Shown in pieces: positions 43,301-55,100 of a stretch of 64,000 nucleotides of DNA. Origin of the DNA: Hormiphora californensis (Eukaryota; Animalia; Ctenophora); contig CM035356.1 in the NCBI GenBank assembly GCA_020137815.1, forward strand, positions 558,001-622,000. Reading direction: 5' to 3'. A model generated the notes under the pieces. It ran no database searches. It was not told the DNA's origin and was given only the letters and a program-made list of their open reading frames with translations. The position numbers and the translations under genes were made by a program. Position 1 is the first letter of the stretch. The number at the start of each line of letters is the position of its first letter.

Positions 43301-45180
43301 TCTCTAAGAAACTTTCCCACTTTGACCCTCCTAATCTCTAAGAAACTTTTCCACTTCGACCCCCTTATCTCTACGCAACTTTCCCACTTTGACCCTCCTT
43401 ATCTCTAAGAAACTTTCCCACTTTGACCCTCCTTATCTCTAAGAAACTTTCCCACTTCGACCCCCTTATCTCTAAGAAACTTTCCCACTTGACCCTCCTA
43501 ATCTCTAAGAAACTTTCCCACTTCGACCCCCTTATCTCTAAGAAACTTTCCACTTTGACCCTCCTTATCTCTAAGAAACTTTCCTTCTTCGACCCCCTTA
43601 TCTCTAAGAAACTTTCCCACTTTGACCATCCTTATCTCTAAGAAACTTTCCCACTTTGACCCTCCTAATCTCTAAGAAACTTTTCCACTTCGACCCCCTT
43701 ATCTCTACGCAACTTTCCCACTTTGACCCTCCTAATCTCTAAGAAACTTTCCCAATTCGACCCCCTTATCTCTAAGAAACATTCCCACTTCGACCCCTTG
43801 TCTCTAAGAAACTTTCCACTTTGACCCTCCTTATCTCTAAGAAACTTTCCCACTTTGACCCTCCTTATCTCTAAGAAACTTTCCCACTTCGACCCCCTGA
43901 TCTCTAAGAAACTTTCCCACTTTGACCTTCCTTATCTCTAAGAAACTTTCCCACTTCGACCCCCTTATCTCTAAGAAACTTTCCCACTTCGACCCCCTTA
44001 TCTCTAAGAAACTTTCCACTTTACCCTCCTTATCTCTAAGAAACTTTCCCACTTTGACCCTCCTTATCTCTAAGAAACTTTCCCACTTCGACCCGGCCCT
44101 TATCTCTAAGAAACTTTCCCACTTTGACCCTCCTTATCTCTAAGAAACTTTCCCACTTCGACCCCCTTATCTCTAAGAAACTTTCCCACTTTGACCCTCC
44201 TTATCTCTAAGAAACTTTCCCACTTTGACCCTCCTAATCTCTAAGAAACTTTCCCACTTCGACCCCTTATCTCTAAGAAACGTTCCACTTTGACCCTCCT
44301 TATCTCTAAGAAACTTTCCCACTTTGACCCTCCTTATCTCTAAGAAACTTTCCCACTTCGACCCCCTTATCTCTAAGAAACTTTCCCACTTTGACCCTCC
44401 TAATCTCTAAGAAACTTTCCCACTTCGACCCCCTGATCTCTAAGAAACTTTCCCACTTCGACCCCCTTATCTCTAAGAAACTTTCCCACTTCGACCCCCT
44501 TATCTCTAAGAAACTTTCCCACTTCGACCCCCTTATCTCTAAGAAACTTTCCCACTTTGACCCTCCTTATCTCTAAGAAACTTTCCCACTTTGACCCTCC
44601 TAATCTCTAAGAAACTTTCCCACTTTGACCCTCCTTATCTCTAAGAAACTTTCCCACTTTGACCCCCTTATCTCTAAGAAACTTTCCCACTTTGACCCTC
44701 CTTATCTCTTAGAAATTTTCCCACTTTGACCCTCCTAATATCTAAGAAACTTTCCCACTTTGACCCTCCTAATCTCTAAGAAACTTTCCCACTTCGACCC
44801 CCTGATCTCTAAGAAACTTTCCCACTTTGACCCTCCTAATCTCTAAGAAAGTTTCCACTTTGACCCACCTAATCTCTAAGAAACTTTCCACTTTGACCCT
44901 CCTAATCTCTAAGAAACTTTCCACTTTGACCCTCCTAATCTTTAAGAAACTTTCCCACTTCGACCCCCTGATCTCTAAGAAACTTTCCCACTTTGACCCT
45001 CCTAATCTCTAAGAAACTTTCCACTTTGACCCACCTAATCTCTAAGAAAATTTCCACTTTGATCCTCCTAATCTCTAAGAAACTTTCCACTTTGACCCTC
45101 CTAATCTCTAAGAAACTTTCCACTTTAACCCCCCTAATCTCTAAGAAACTTTCCACTTTGACCCTCCTTATCTCTAAGAA
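40375..45180. repeat. 33/34-bp minisatellite array, ~4.8 kb, roughly 130 units
   Basis: Units TCTCTAAGAAACTTTCCCACTTTGACCCTCCTTA (34) and TCTCTAAGAAACTTTCCCACTTCGACCCCCTTA (33); interrupted at ~40906-40997 and 42583-42970. Confidence 0.95.
42583..42970. mobile_element. PIF/Harbinger (Tourist-like) palindromic MITE inserted in the minisatellite
   Basis: taa|GGGTCACCACACACCAAAGTT...AACTTTGGTGTGTGGTGACCC|taa; TAA TSD from the satellite unit; near-perfect ~190-bp arms. Confidence 0.88.
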
Positions 45181-45514
45181 ACAAAGGGCAGGTGCCATTT
45201 ATGTGCAAACAAATTCAACGACAAACGGTTTCGAAACTGGTCAAATATAATATTTATGCTATTTACATATTATTTTATTACTAATAAATTCTCCTATCAA
45301 ATAAATACTGCCGGTATTTTTCATCATAAACGTATAACATCTCTGTAAACTCAAATCTAGTTCAAATAAGACACAATTTTAGTGTCAGTGCCTCATTTTC
45401 TCGAAATTACTTCACCCTCTTTCAATGTCCCATCCTCCCCTGTCAGACAGATCCTCCCCAGCTAATGTCACAGTCACACAACCTCTCTCTTTGTTGAGTA
45501 ACAACTCTCTCTCT

Positions 45515-47890
45515 CTAGAAAGTGTACATGAACTTGTTATGGGCCCGTGCCTCACTCGGGCTGCATAACTTCAGCAGACTGGTGGGCTGATCCTCATCAC
45601 TAAACTGTACTGACTCAGTGCTCAACAAATAACTCAACTTCAGGGGGTCCTCCTCCTCATCCTCCTCCGAATCAAAATGAAGGCTCCCACTCTCCAGACT
45701 ACTGTGATCTGATACCACGTGATCTGATACCATGTCCCGTGTTGGGGAGGGCAGCACTGTCTGGGCAGTTTCTGTATCTGTGTCTGCCTCTGTCTGGGTA
45801 CTGAATGAGCGGGCAGGTAGTGGTGTCTGACAGGCCTTGCTGGTTGCCCCACTGGTGGGTGACACGAGTAGAGATGTTTGTGATTTCTTGTGCCGGGACA
45901 TGGATGTGCTGGGAGGTGTGGAGGTGGTGGGCGATGAATCCTCTGAGTAGACCAGGTTTGCTAGTGAGCTCCTTTGGTACCGGGTGTTCCTAGTTGAGGA
46001 GGCCCTGCTGCTCCTGGGTCGGGGAGTGGTTGGACCACTGACTGGGGTGTCCCACCTCTCAGAGTATACATGATCCACACCAGCTGATTTGGGGGGCGAG
46101 GGAGGGACATTGGAGGATGTAGTAGTGGAGGGAGGGACATTGGTAGAGGAGGGAAGGAGGGCCTGCATTGCAGCAACAACCTGGTCCATGGTCATGTTCC
46201 CGATACTCTGTTGCCCAACTGGGGTCGGGGAGGCCTCTGTGGTGGGCTGACGGAGCTTTGGGGTGGGTGATCCTGTATACGGTGGATAGGGAGCAGTGGG
46301 GTAGGGCGACTGGGTAGGATAGGGGTATGGTCCTGTCGGGTATGGGTTGTATAGTATTGGCACGGTGCCCGGTAGCTGGATTGGAGAGAATGGGGTGGTG
46401 CCCGCCTGGACGAATTGAGGTGGTGGGTGTTGTGGTGGTTGTTGTTGTGCGGGGTGTTGTGGAGGGTGTTGTTGTGATTGGAAGAGACTCCTATCCTGCC
46501 AGGCAACTTTTGGGTTCTCAGTCTGGCACTCTGTATCAACTAGAATAGGGCCTGCCCTTGCCCTCACCTCAGCTCTGTTCACAGGTTCAGCCTTGTCTTC
46601 AACAGGAGGAGGGGTGTCCTTCCTTTTACCAACATGTTTACTAAGGACTTCCCGTGCTCGCTCAGGACCCAGCTGGTTCAGTCTGAGAATGTAACTGTTT
46701 GTCAGACCATATTTGGTCCTCCCAGTACCACCCGAGGACGGGGCTTTCTTGGTGACACTACCAGGCGTCTTCCTGGGTACCCGAGGTGGAGTTGGTCGGT
46801 GAGGTTTTGGGTTAGTACCTTTCCTTTCGCCCCTGGACTCCAGACCCGGGTCTAGGAAGTCTGTCAGGTATGTCAGTTCGGTGAGGACTGCTCTGATCAA
46901 ATCAAATCGTTTGGGATTATACGGGCCATCTAGAGACATAATCTGTTGTTGTTCCGGTTCTGGGGTTTGAAGTTTTAGGAGTTTCTCCAGCTGGATATCA
47001 GAGGGATTCTCTCGATCTACTGATTTAGTCCTGACCCTATATGGTGTGTGGATTTGGATGTGTTTAGTAGGTTTAGTAGTGGATGGAGAGGGCTGTATAG
47101 CGGGAGGGGCTTCGTAGAATAAAGGAGGTGGGTTCCTAGAGGCGGGGATAATCTCACTCCCAATATCCTCTTCAGGTTGCAATGACTCCAAATCAACAAT
47201 CTCTCCCTCCTCTACATCATGATCCTTGTCTTCTTCCTCCTCTTCTCCGACCCCACTCTCCTCTCCCTCCACACTCTCAAACAACTCCGATGTCCTATCC
47301 ACTACTGCCTCACTGCCCGGTCTACTCATCTGAACAGCCCCAGTAAGATGGGGCAGGTGGTGGGTTAGGTTGTGCCCGTAGTAGTATAGCTTAATCTCCA
47401 GCGCTACCTTGGCCACCCTCTCCCCCAACATGTTCCTGATCACATGACTTGCACGAAGTTTGTCACTGCAAATAGAACCAGGACCTGTAGCAGCCAGCCG
47501 GTCGGATAGGTTGTTCATGGTCCGAACTAGAGAGACCCCTACGGAACCAAGAAATGAGGGTGCCGGGAGGGCAGTGTCTATTAGCACAACATACAGGGGC
47601 AATTGTTTTAGTTGGGTGTGTGCTTCCTCAAATGTGAGGGGAAACAAACAGGATTTCCCACGGTTAAACACAATCTCTCCCTCTGAGTTTTTCAGCCTCT
47701 GTAGATCGCTTATGGAGGAAGGATTTTGGGAGATTTTGTTGCGAATCTTGGTGATTCTGTCAGGATCGGTTATGTTGACAGTCTGGACTGGAAAGTCAAG
47801 GAGACGGAATGAGACTGCGGGAAGGTGGCAGTCTCCAGATATATCGTATATCTTGCGGACAAACACTTCGATAGAGAAGAGTTCCTCCAT
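45515..47890 (-). CDS. MAP10: Microtubule-associated protein 10-like (KIAA1383/MTR120), intronless, 791 aa
   Basis: N-terminal LFSIEVFV..PAVSFRLLDFP..FNRGKSCLF..PLYVVL (HPHLAWLY-type domain) and YGLTNSYILRL motif; Pro/Ser-rich C-terminus. Confidence 0.78.
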   Translation of the reverse strand: MEELFSIEVFVRKIYDISGDCHLPAVSFRLLDFPVQTVNITDPDRITKIRNKISQNPSSISDLQRLKNSEGEIVFNRGKSCLFPLTFEEAHTQLKQLPLYVVLIDTALPAPSFLGSVGVSLVRTMNNLSDRLAATGPGSICSDKLRASHVIRNMLGERVAKVALEIKLYYYGHNLTHHLPHLTGAVQMSRPGSEAVVDRTSELFESVEGEESGVGEEEEEDKDHDVEEGEIVDLESLQPEEDIGSEIIPASRNPPPLFYEAPPAIQPSPSTTKPTKHIQIHTPYRVRTKSVDRENPSDIQLEKLLKLQTPEPEQQQIMSLDGPYNPKRFDLIRAVLTELTYLTDFLDPGLESRGERKGTNPKPHRPTPPRVPRKTPGSVTKKAPSSGGTGRTKYGLTNSYILRLNQLGPERAREVLSKHVGKRKDTPPPVEDKAEPVNRAEVRARAGPILVDTECQTENPKVAWQDRSLFQSQQHPPQHPAQQQPPQHPPPQFVQAGTTPFSPIQLPGTVPILYNPYPTGPYPYPTQSPYPTAPYPPYTGSPTPKLRQPTTEASPTPVGQQSIGNMTMDQVVAAMQALLPSSTNVPPSTTTSSNVPPSPPKSAGVDHVYSERWDTPVSGPTTPRPRSSRASSTRNTRYQRSSLANLVYSEDSSPTTSTPPSTSMSRHKKSQTSLLVSPTSGATSKACQTPLPARSFSTQTEADTDTETAQTVLPSPTRDMVSDHVVSDHSSLESGSLHFDSEEDEEEDPLKLSYLLSTESVQFSDEDQPTSLLKLCSPSEARAHNKFMYTF

Positions 47891-48793
47891 AACAGCATGC
47901 TAGAGAGGGGAGGGAGTGGTTTTAATAATCAGGGATAGGGGCGTAACAAGGGATGAATTTTAAAATGGGAGGTTTAGGTCATTCTGCTTGAGAGATAAAG
48001 AGGAATGGAGGGTAATTTAGAGCAAGCCAATGAACTTTAGGCTCTTAGTGTACATAGTACTCCACTTCAGCTGTTATACTGAGATATGTCTCAATAAAGG
48101 TCTCAGAGCCGGAAGCTGGGGGAAGTTCAATTTAGAGGGAATTGGGAGTGTCTGTGACATTTTGGAGTGCTAACAACTGCGCGCAGTAAACTTTTTATAC
48201 AAGCTGTGAGGCGCGCCCTCCGTAACTCTCAGCGAATCCGTTACCTGCACTTCTGAAGTGGCGGTGGGTGTGCCATGTGACATGTAGTGCAGAGAGAAAC
48301 ACTTCAGAGGGACACATGAAACTTGTTCAGAGTGCAGATAACCAGAAACAGAGAGAGAGAAAAGTGCATTTTAAGTTATTAAAGTTATCTAGGGAAACAC
48401 TCAGACACACCCAGAGCACTTATAAAGTTAATGGAATTTTAAGTAAATATCAGATATTTAGAAGAGTATAAGAAGGGGCAGTTAAAATGGGTCTAAATTA
48501 GAAGGAGTGGGGGGGGGGGGTTGGCAATAGAGTAACGACACAAAACAGCACTGCGGGACTAAGAGTAAAACAGAGTAAGTCATCCAATAAATTAACAAAA
48601 TAAAAACCATCTCTTCTCTCCAGCCCTGGTTTAACACACTGCATGTTACCCCCTCTTTTAAAACCAATCTCTTGTTCTTTATCTCTCCTGTATCTTCTCA
48701 ATAACTCCTGTATTAACTATCTCTCTCTCTGTGCCATCCTTTCTATTCTTGGCGTTTATCCTTCTTTATATTTCTCTCTCTCTCTCCCTCCTC

Positions 48794-49569
48794 TCAACTC
48801 TTCATATAAAGATCAATAGCGGCTGAGAAAGTAGCGAAACCCACACAACCTACACATCCAGGTACCACACCAGCTCTTAGTCCCATGCCCCCTCCCACCA
48901 GGCACCCTGCATACAAACTGTTTTGTACCCCAGATTTAGCCCTGTACGACTCTATAACACACTCAGCTCCTGATAATGATAAACCAAAGAATGCAAACGA
49001 TTTTCCGTATGATTTACTCCTTGATGCCATTTCCTTGTAAACTTCTCTTGCAGTCTGAGGGCGGTCCGTAGGGGCTGACATGTTAGGATCGATTGCTGCT
49101 GTGAACACTCCAAAGAATATTCCCATTCCATATCCAATCACACCCGCCATACCAGACTTGAAGGCACACGATTCTGAGATACTTTCAATCTTTTTCTGAA
49201 AAGAAGAAGAGGGTTAGTGCTTGTTATTTTGTAACACTGGTTGTGCGGTGCTTCTTCCATACAGTGCTGGTAATGTTAGCCAATCAAACAAACAGTGATA
49301 AGATACGAGCAGTATAGTATCACGTACAACAGGTATACACCCCAGATAAGAGCAGTGCTTAATTCCCCACAGCTGTGCCACTGTCTACCCCATTAATCCA
49401 ACACGGTTCACTACACATGATAATATATTCTAACCTGTGTTGGGTCTACTGTGAGGGGTTGGTGAAGGAGTCCAGATCTCTGAACACTCTCCACACTCCC
49501 AACCCTGTTTCTCAGACTTGATATCAGGTCACCTGGGTTAATGTCAGGCCATTCTTCCTCTGTACCCAT
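48794..49569 (-). CDS. TIMM22: Mitochondrial import inner membrane translocase subunit Tim22, 2 exons
   Basis: Exons 49569-49435 and 49195-48794; ESCAFKS..G..GYGMGIFFGVF, SYGKSFA, ECVIESYRAKS, GCVGFATFSAAID. Confidence 0.92.
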
Positions 49570-49883
49570 CACGACAAGTAGCTGCTGGAAACAATAGGGA
49601 ACTTAGATTAACAGTAGTGGACATTTGGGAATGGATAGGGGAGGATGCAGGGGGTTGAAGAGAGAAGAATGCCGGATTTTTTAAAACATTTAAGCAGTAT
49701 TATAATCGACATAAAGAATCATACAAAGCTAAAAACATCACAAACAGAACAGCATTATTTCAGAGAATAGATTTACTTTAAATCACACAGTTTTTCGATC
49801 TCGTCAAGGAGGTAACAGAGTTCTTGTTCCAAAACCCAGAAACTACCACACAGTTCTTCATCAGGGATCCAGGAGCCACCTTC

Positions 49884-51410
49884 CTACTTATCCTCAGGGA
49901 TCCAGGTGCCGTGTAGAGAGTAAGGTACAACAATAGGGGTACTAACAATAGCAATCACCTCTAAACTCTTAGCATCCCAAACATATAGCTCACTCTTCCC
50001 AGTATCAGCATCAAAGACAGGAGCTAGCACCACTCCATCATCCTCTTCAACACCACCAGGCCGGGCTGCAAACACTGGCTCAACTGGGAACTTGTTCTTT
50101 CTCTCCCACCCAACACTAGTTTCCTTGCACATATCCACCTTTAGTAGACCCATTGCATTGTGTGCGTCGTGGTTCCAGGTCTGGAAATACGCGTAGCAGT
50201 AGGGTAGGCCTCTGTAGTTGTCGTTAATGTATGGGAACTCAACCTCGATAGCGTCTGGGCTCCACATCCTGGGATAGTCGTACTGCGTTCCCTCCCCTGT
50301 CTCCATATTCAGGGTGAATCGTCGCAGGGTAAACTTGGTGTAGTGGGGGAAGTGTTCTTCGTAGCTGTAGTTGGGATCAGTCAGGGTCTCCCTGTTCAGA
50401 AGCTCGAAAATGTTTGAGTTCTTTATTCCCTCGACTGAGTCAATGGTGGGCCAGTCAATAACAACCTCAGTCTCCCCAGCCTCGTTCTTCCTCTCAAAGC
50501 TGTTGATGATGTGCATGGCATTGTGAGATGGGAACTTGAACTGAGTCCTTGTACCATCAGCCAGACTAACGACATCGAACATTGTTTCCTTGTCAGAACT
50601 AATCTTGGCACCTGTCCCAATCTCAACAGGGTCGGACAGTTCAAAATAAAGTGCAAATCTCGGCAAGATGGCATAGTTTTCTGTAGCACCGAGAGAGTGG
50701 ATTCCTCTAATATCCATTCCTTCTATTGGCACATCTCCAACAAAGTTAGCAAGCACGTCCCCGCTCTCCGTCTCGATGTAGCGGTATAAGTGGTAAGCAG
50801 GTTTCTTCACTCCGCTAAACACACCTCCATCCATGGGAATAACGAACTTGTAGTTGATACTATCACCACTAGGGTGTCGGGCAAAGTGGCTCGCTGAGAA
50901 TGCCTCCTTCACAAACCTCTTGTAATCGGACGATTTAGCAACGAACTTCCTCTGAAACTCCAAGGATTCACGGTCAATATCAATGTAAATGGGACTCTCA
51001 TTACAGATTGTAACTCCTTTGCTGGCAAGATTCCAGGGGGCAATGTTGTTATTGTCCGGCTCATCATCCCAAAACATCACCTTTGCTTTCTCCAATTTAG
51101 TTAGCGGGGGATCAAACTTGTCAAGATGTTTGTACGGTACCAACTCTCCAGCTGCCATGGTTCGATTGTAGATGTCACTTTTAAGGAACGAAGCTGCGAA
51201 GGTAGGAGCAGAGGCACCGTTAAAAGACCACATATGAACTTTGCTTAGGCCATCCACCAAATTTCGTACTTTTCTTCCTCCTTTCTCAAACATACCGGGC
51301 CCAACTCGATAAAGCTTTCCATTCAGCCATTCTGGAAGTTTTCCGAAGATGACCTCCTGTTCTTGAGGAGCTACCTCTTCCAAATTCTGTTCGAAGAGCG
51401 CCGTTGGCAT
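49884..51410 (-). CDS. Carotenoid oxygenase (RPE65/BCO family), intronless; true start possibly 51538
   Basis: GKLPEWLNGKLYRVGPG, DGL; four Fe-ligand His (SASHF, GIHSLG, AMHIIN, SLHGTW); VEFP, VEPVF, EDDGVVL. First in-frame ATG at 51410 (the ORF-track start at 51461 is GTG). Confidence 0.92.
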   Translation of the reverse strand: MPTALFEQNLEEVAPQEQEVIFGKLPEWLNGKLYRVGPGMFEKGGRKVRNLVDGLSKVHMWSFNGASAPTFAASFLKSDIYNRTMAAGELVPYKHLDKFDPPLTKLEKAKVMFWDDEPDNNNIAPWNLASKGVTICNESPIYIDIDRESLEFQRKFVAKSSDYKRFVKEAFSASHFARHPSGDSINYKFVIPMDGGVFSGVKKPAYHLYRYIETESGDVLANFVGDVPIEGMDIRGIHSLGATENYAILPRFALYFELSDPVEIGTGAKISSDKETMFDVVSLADGTRTQFKFPSHNAMHIINSFERKNEAGETEVVIDWPTIDSVEGIKNSNIFELLNRETLTDPNYSYEEHFPHYTKFTLRRFTLNMETGEGTQYDYPRMWSPDAIEVEFPYINDNYRGLPYCYAYFQTWNHDAHNAMGLLKVDMCKETSVGWERKNKFPVEPVFAARPGGVEEDDGVVLAPVFDADTGKSELYVWDAKSLEVIAIVSTPIVVPYSLHGTWIPEDK

Positions 51411-52165
51411 TTTCCAACCGTCGCGAGTAACTCGAAAACTCTGGAACCGATTTTGGTGCACATGTTTCTGCTGAGCAGGTTCCTTCGTCGGTAGAGAGGG
51501 CAGTCATGACCAACGTGGCGAGAACTTAAAAGAATCATCACGGAGATCCAACAAAATTCAGGAAAAGTTTAAAATCTGCAACTTTTTTAAGCTCAGATTT
51601 TCATCGCGCGGCTTTTTATTTTAAGGCAAATCACACCTGCGCGGCGTTATTTTTGACCGATAAAAATACATTTGCGCGTGCTAAATCGTCCCTTATAAGA
51701 TTTACACTGTGGAATAATATACTCTTTTCTAAATTAAACACTTTTATTTATTCTAAGTGAAGTTGAAAGGGAAATGAACAAATATACATACAAAACTCAT
51801 CCCCTACTTGATATTTGAGTTTTAAACACACTGCATCTGACACAGTGTCCTTAACTCAAAGTGAAGACAACAGTTCTTACAGCTACTTATGAGGCAAACT
51901 AAAGGACAAAAGAGCATATATCTCAATCCTCTTTTAGTTTTAGAGAGGAAGTACAAACAATATATCAAAACAAAATATCTATAACGGGGGGTAAAAACTA
52001 ACATTCACTCGACTTGTGCACACTCGCTGTTGTCTGTGTCCTTGCATTTTATCTTTCTCTCTCATACACACACTCACAGATATCCTATCATCAATCTCTA
52101 TATATACCAGAGGAAATGAACACGGCATAAAATTCCAATAATTATTAATTATCCATGATATTGGT

Positions 52166-55100
52166 TCAGACAGCATTTTCAGCATTCTTTCCAGTATTAG
52201 GTGTCCCACCAGGACTTTTCTTGGTGATACCCTTCTCGAATAGCTGGTTAACTTGGAATTGTTCCTAGGAGAGGAGGGGGTTAGAGAGTGTAGAGCGGTG
52301 GTAGTAAGGGGTTGTTATGTTCTAACCCCCCCCCCCAGGGCGCGGAGAGAGAGGGTGGGGAAGTAAGGATGATGGTCCAGGGTTACTACACGGAGGTTCA
52401 ATGGCATGGAAGTTCCAGTGGAACTGCAAGAGGGGCCCCAAAATACACAGATAAACCTGCCCAGTGCCCAAAGTTACCTTTCATGTGTGTGGGTGATGTG
52501 TGTGTGTGTATGAAGTGTGTGGGTGACTGTCAGAGCATTGGCCTGACCCTATTCTCATTTCTTCGGACTCGGAGCACGCGAGAACTGTGGCCAGAGCATT
52601 GTCCTGACAGGTGGGTGATGTCTACAGCTGCAGGGTAGTGCATTTTACTACGAGCTGCCCACTTTACCTTTCTCATCTTGAATTGGACATCACTGGGCAC
52701 ATCAGGGATTATGTATGAGATAATGAACTTGACGCAGAAACAAACGTGCTCAAAGGCAAATGCTATCAGCCATCTGGAGAGGTATTGGATGTCAGTTCCT
52801 AAGTTCCATAGTCAGAAAACGAAAACAACTTTCTGATCAACAACTTGTTAAAACCTCTATCAGATTTGTTCTAACCCTCCTCCTTTACAACATTTGTAAA
52901 AAGGAGGGGCGCGATGAGAGGTGGTCGTGCAAGAAAACGTTTAAACTTACTTGTTCTCGATTTTCTCTAGGAAGGACCCGTTGTCTTTGAGTGTGTGAGC
53001 TATGATAAGAGAGTTAACTACCACGCCAATCATGTTTAGGAACTCCAGAATATACTGCCAGATACCTGTACAGGAATCATTGGCTGTTAGTCCCTCATTG
53101 TTAATAGTTGACAGGTATTATGATTTATGGGGAGTCAAAAAAGAGAAAAAAGGGATAAATTTTAGTTGGTATGTATGGATGATGAAACAATAAGACCTAC
53201 CGATATCTTCAGCCCGTTGGGCGATGTACCGTCTGTTTTTCCACAGAATCCTATACCCATCTATCCGGACATCAATAACATTGCAAACTAGGGCCACCAG
53301 TGGAGCCAGGGGGAACACTGCCCCAAACAGCATGATGAACCCGTACATGATACACTTCTCCGTATACTCAGAGAGAGTGAAATCCTGGGGAGAATTTGGG
53401 GTTAAGAACTGGGAATATACCCAATTATGGCAATGTACCCAATTCCCTAGTTACTCACGTTGTCTCCCGGGATAAGCTGCCTGTCCTCTTCAATGATGTC
53501 AATCAATTCCTTCGCATTACCAGTTCCCACTGCAGTAGCTTCAATATCATTACCCTCCCTTAGAAGAGAGGAGAGTTAGGAGAAGTGTGTGAGTGAAGTT
53601 GTACTGTGTGAGTAGTGTGGAGAAGTGTGTGAGTGAAGTTGTACTGTGTGAGTAGTGTGGAGAAGAGTGTGAGTGAAGTTGTACTGTGAAGTGCTTGAGG
53701 GGTAACAGGGCTTGAGTGGACCAGGTGTATGAAGGAGTGTCATGGAAATCACTGATATCATAATACCATGTGTGCATGATGAACTGTGGAAATCACTGAT
53801 ATCGTTACACAAATAACACACTCACTTCTTGGTTAGCTTCTTAATCAGCTGTAGGATGGTAGGGATGATAACATCTTTAAAGAACTTTGGCATGGGTTTC
53901 ATACACAACAACACTGCAACCTGCAATTATTGATGTTAATTAGTTGGTATTAATTAGTTGGTTAGCTGGTATTAATCTAAATTAGTTAAAAATAACCACT
54001 GAAGACGCCCAACAACCAAAAGATTCATGTGAGATGGAGATCCTAATGTGATGCGATCCTCATTATCTGATGTCATATCTCATACCTGAAGGACCAACAT
54101 AGGGAAGCACTGGATAGTAGTAACTCCAGTGTCTGGGTCAGTGACAGAGTAGTCGCATGTATCAGTCCAGTTTGAATTACCAAACATACCATTTTCCGAT
54201 ACACCTTCCTACAGAGAGAGAGGGAGAGGGGGTCAGTATTGTCTCGTATAAGACTGTCCTCTCCACACCGGGCTTGAGGTGAGGACAGTCTTACCCCAAA
54301 GGGTCTACTTAGATGCTCAGATTTGAGATATAGTCAGTGCCTGATAAGGTTAGACAAGATAATGGTATGTTGTTCCAGCTAGGGGAAATGAAGCTGGGGT
54401 AGATGCAATTTGACCAAAACAAAGATGACTCAATCATTTAGATTTGTTTAAAACATCTGATCACGGCTGTGGAGAACCTACCTTGAAGAATGCGATGTAA
54501 GCAAGAGAAGCATAGTTGTTCACAAACTGGAATGCAAACAATTTGATGATCAGACTGTCATCATAGTTTGTTTGGGTTCTGTGGTTTTCCCAGTCTGTCA
54601 GCCAGTAGGCAATCCTCTCATATACCTGAACAAGTGCATTGTAAATAATATGATTCCTCTGAGAGGCTGCTAATTATCACTGCTGCCGCAAAGTTGAAGA
54701 TCATTAGGCCAGTGCCAGACGAGGTTAGATAGCTTGCCTGGCCCCGGATAAATAACTTGTTTTGAATACTGTAGCCCCCCCCCCCCCCTGTATATTATAC
54801 TCACGTATCCAAGGAGCATAATGACAGAAGCATTGATAACCGAGGAGATAACGGAGGTGTAGAGGGTGTTGTTATCATCACTGGCAAAGAACAACTCGGC
54901 ATTTGAAACACAACGGAACACAATTATACCTGTGGGATGGTGGAATATAACATATTAATATAATACGGGGGCTAACTGTTCGAAACATGTTAGTAGGGGG
55001 TTAACTGTTTGAAACATGTTAGTAGGGGGCTAACTGTTCGAAACATGTTAGTAGGGGGCTAACTGTTTGAAACATGTTAGTAGGGTCTAACTTGACTATA

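Noticed and set aside
40797-45250. Many ORFs with LISKKLSHFDP repeats; superficial CRISPR-like periodicity
   Set aside because: Translations of a 33/34-bp minisatellite with constant frame switching; no unique spacers and no cas genes.
52527-52610. Possible alternative last exon of the anoctamin (cag|GACAATGCT...)
   Set aside because: It is a copy of the dispersed repeat also at 1319-1379.
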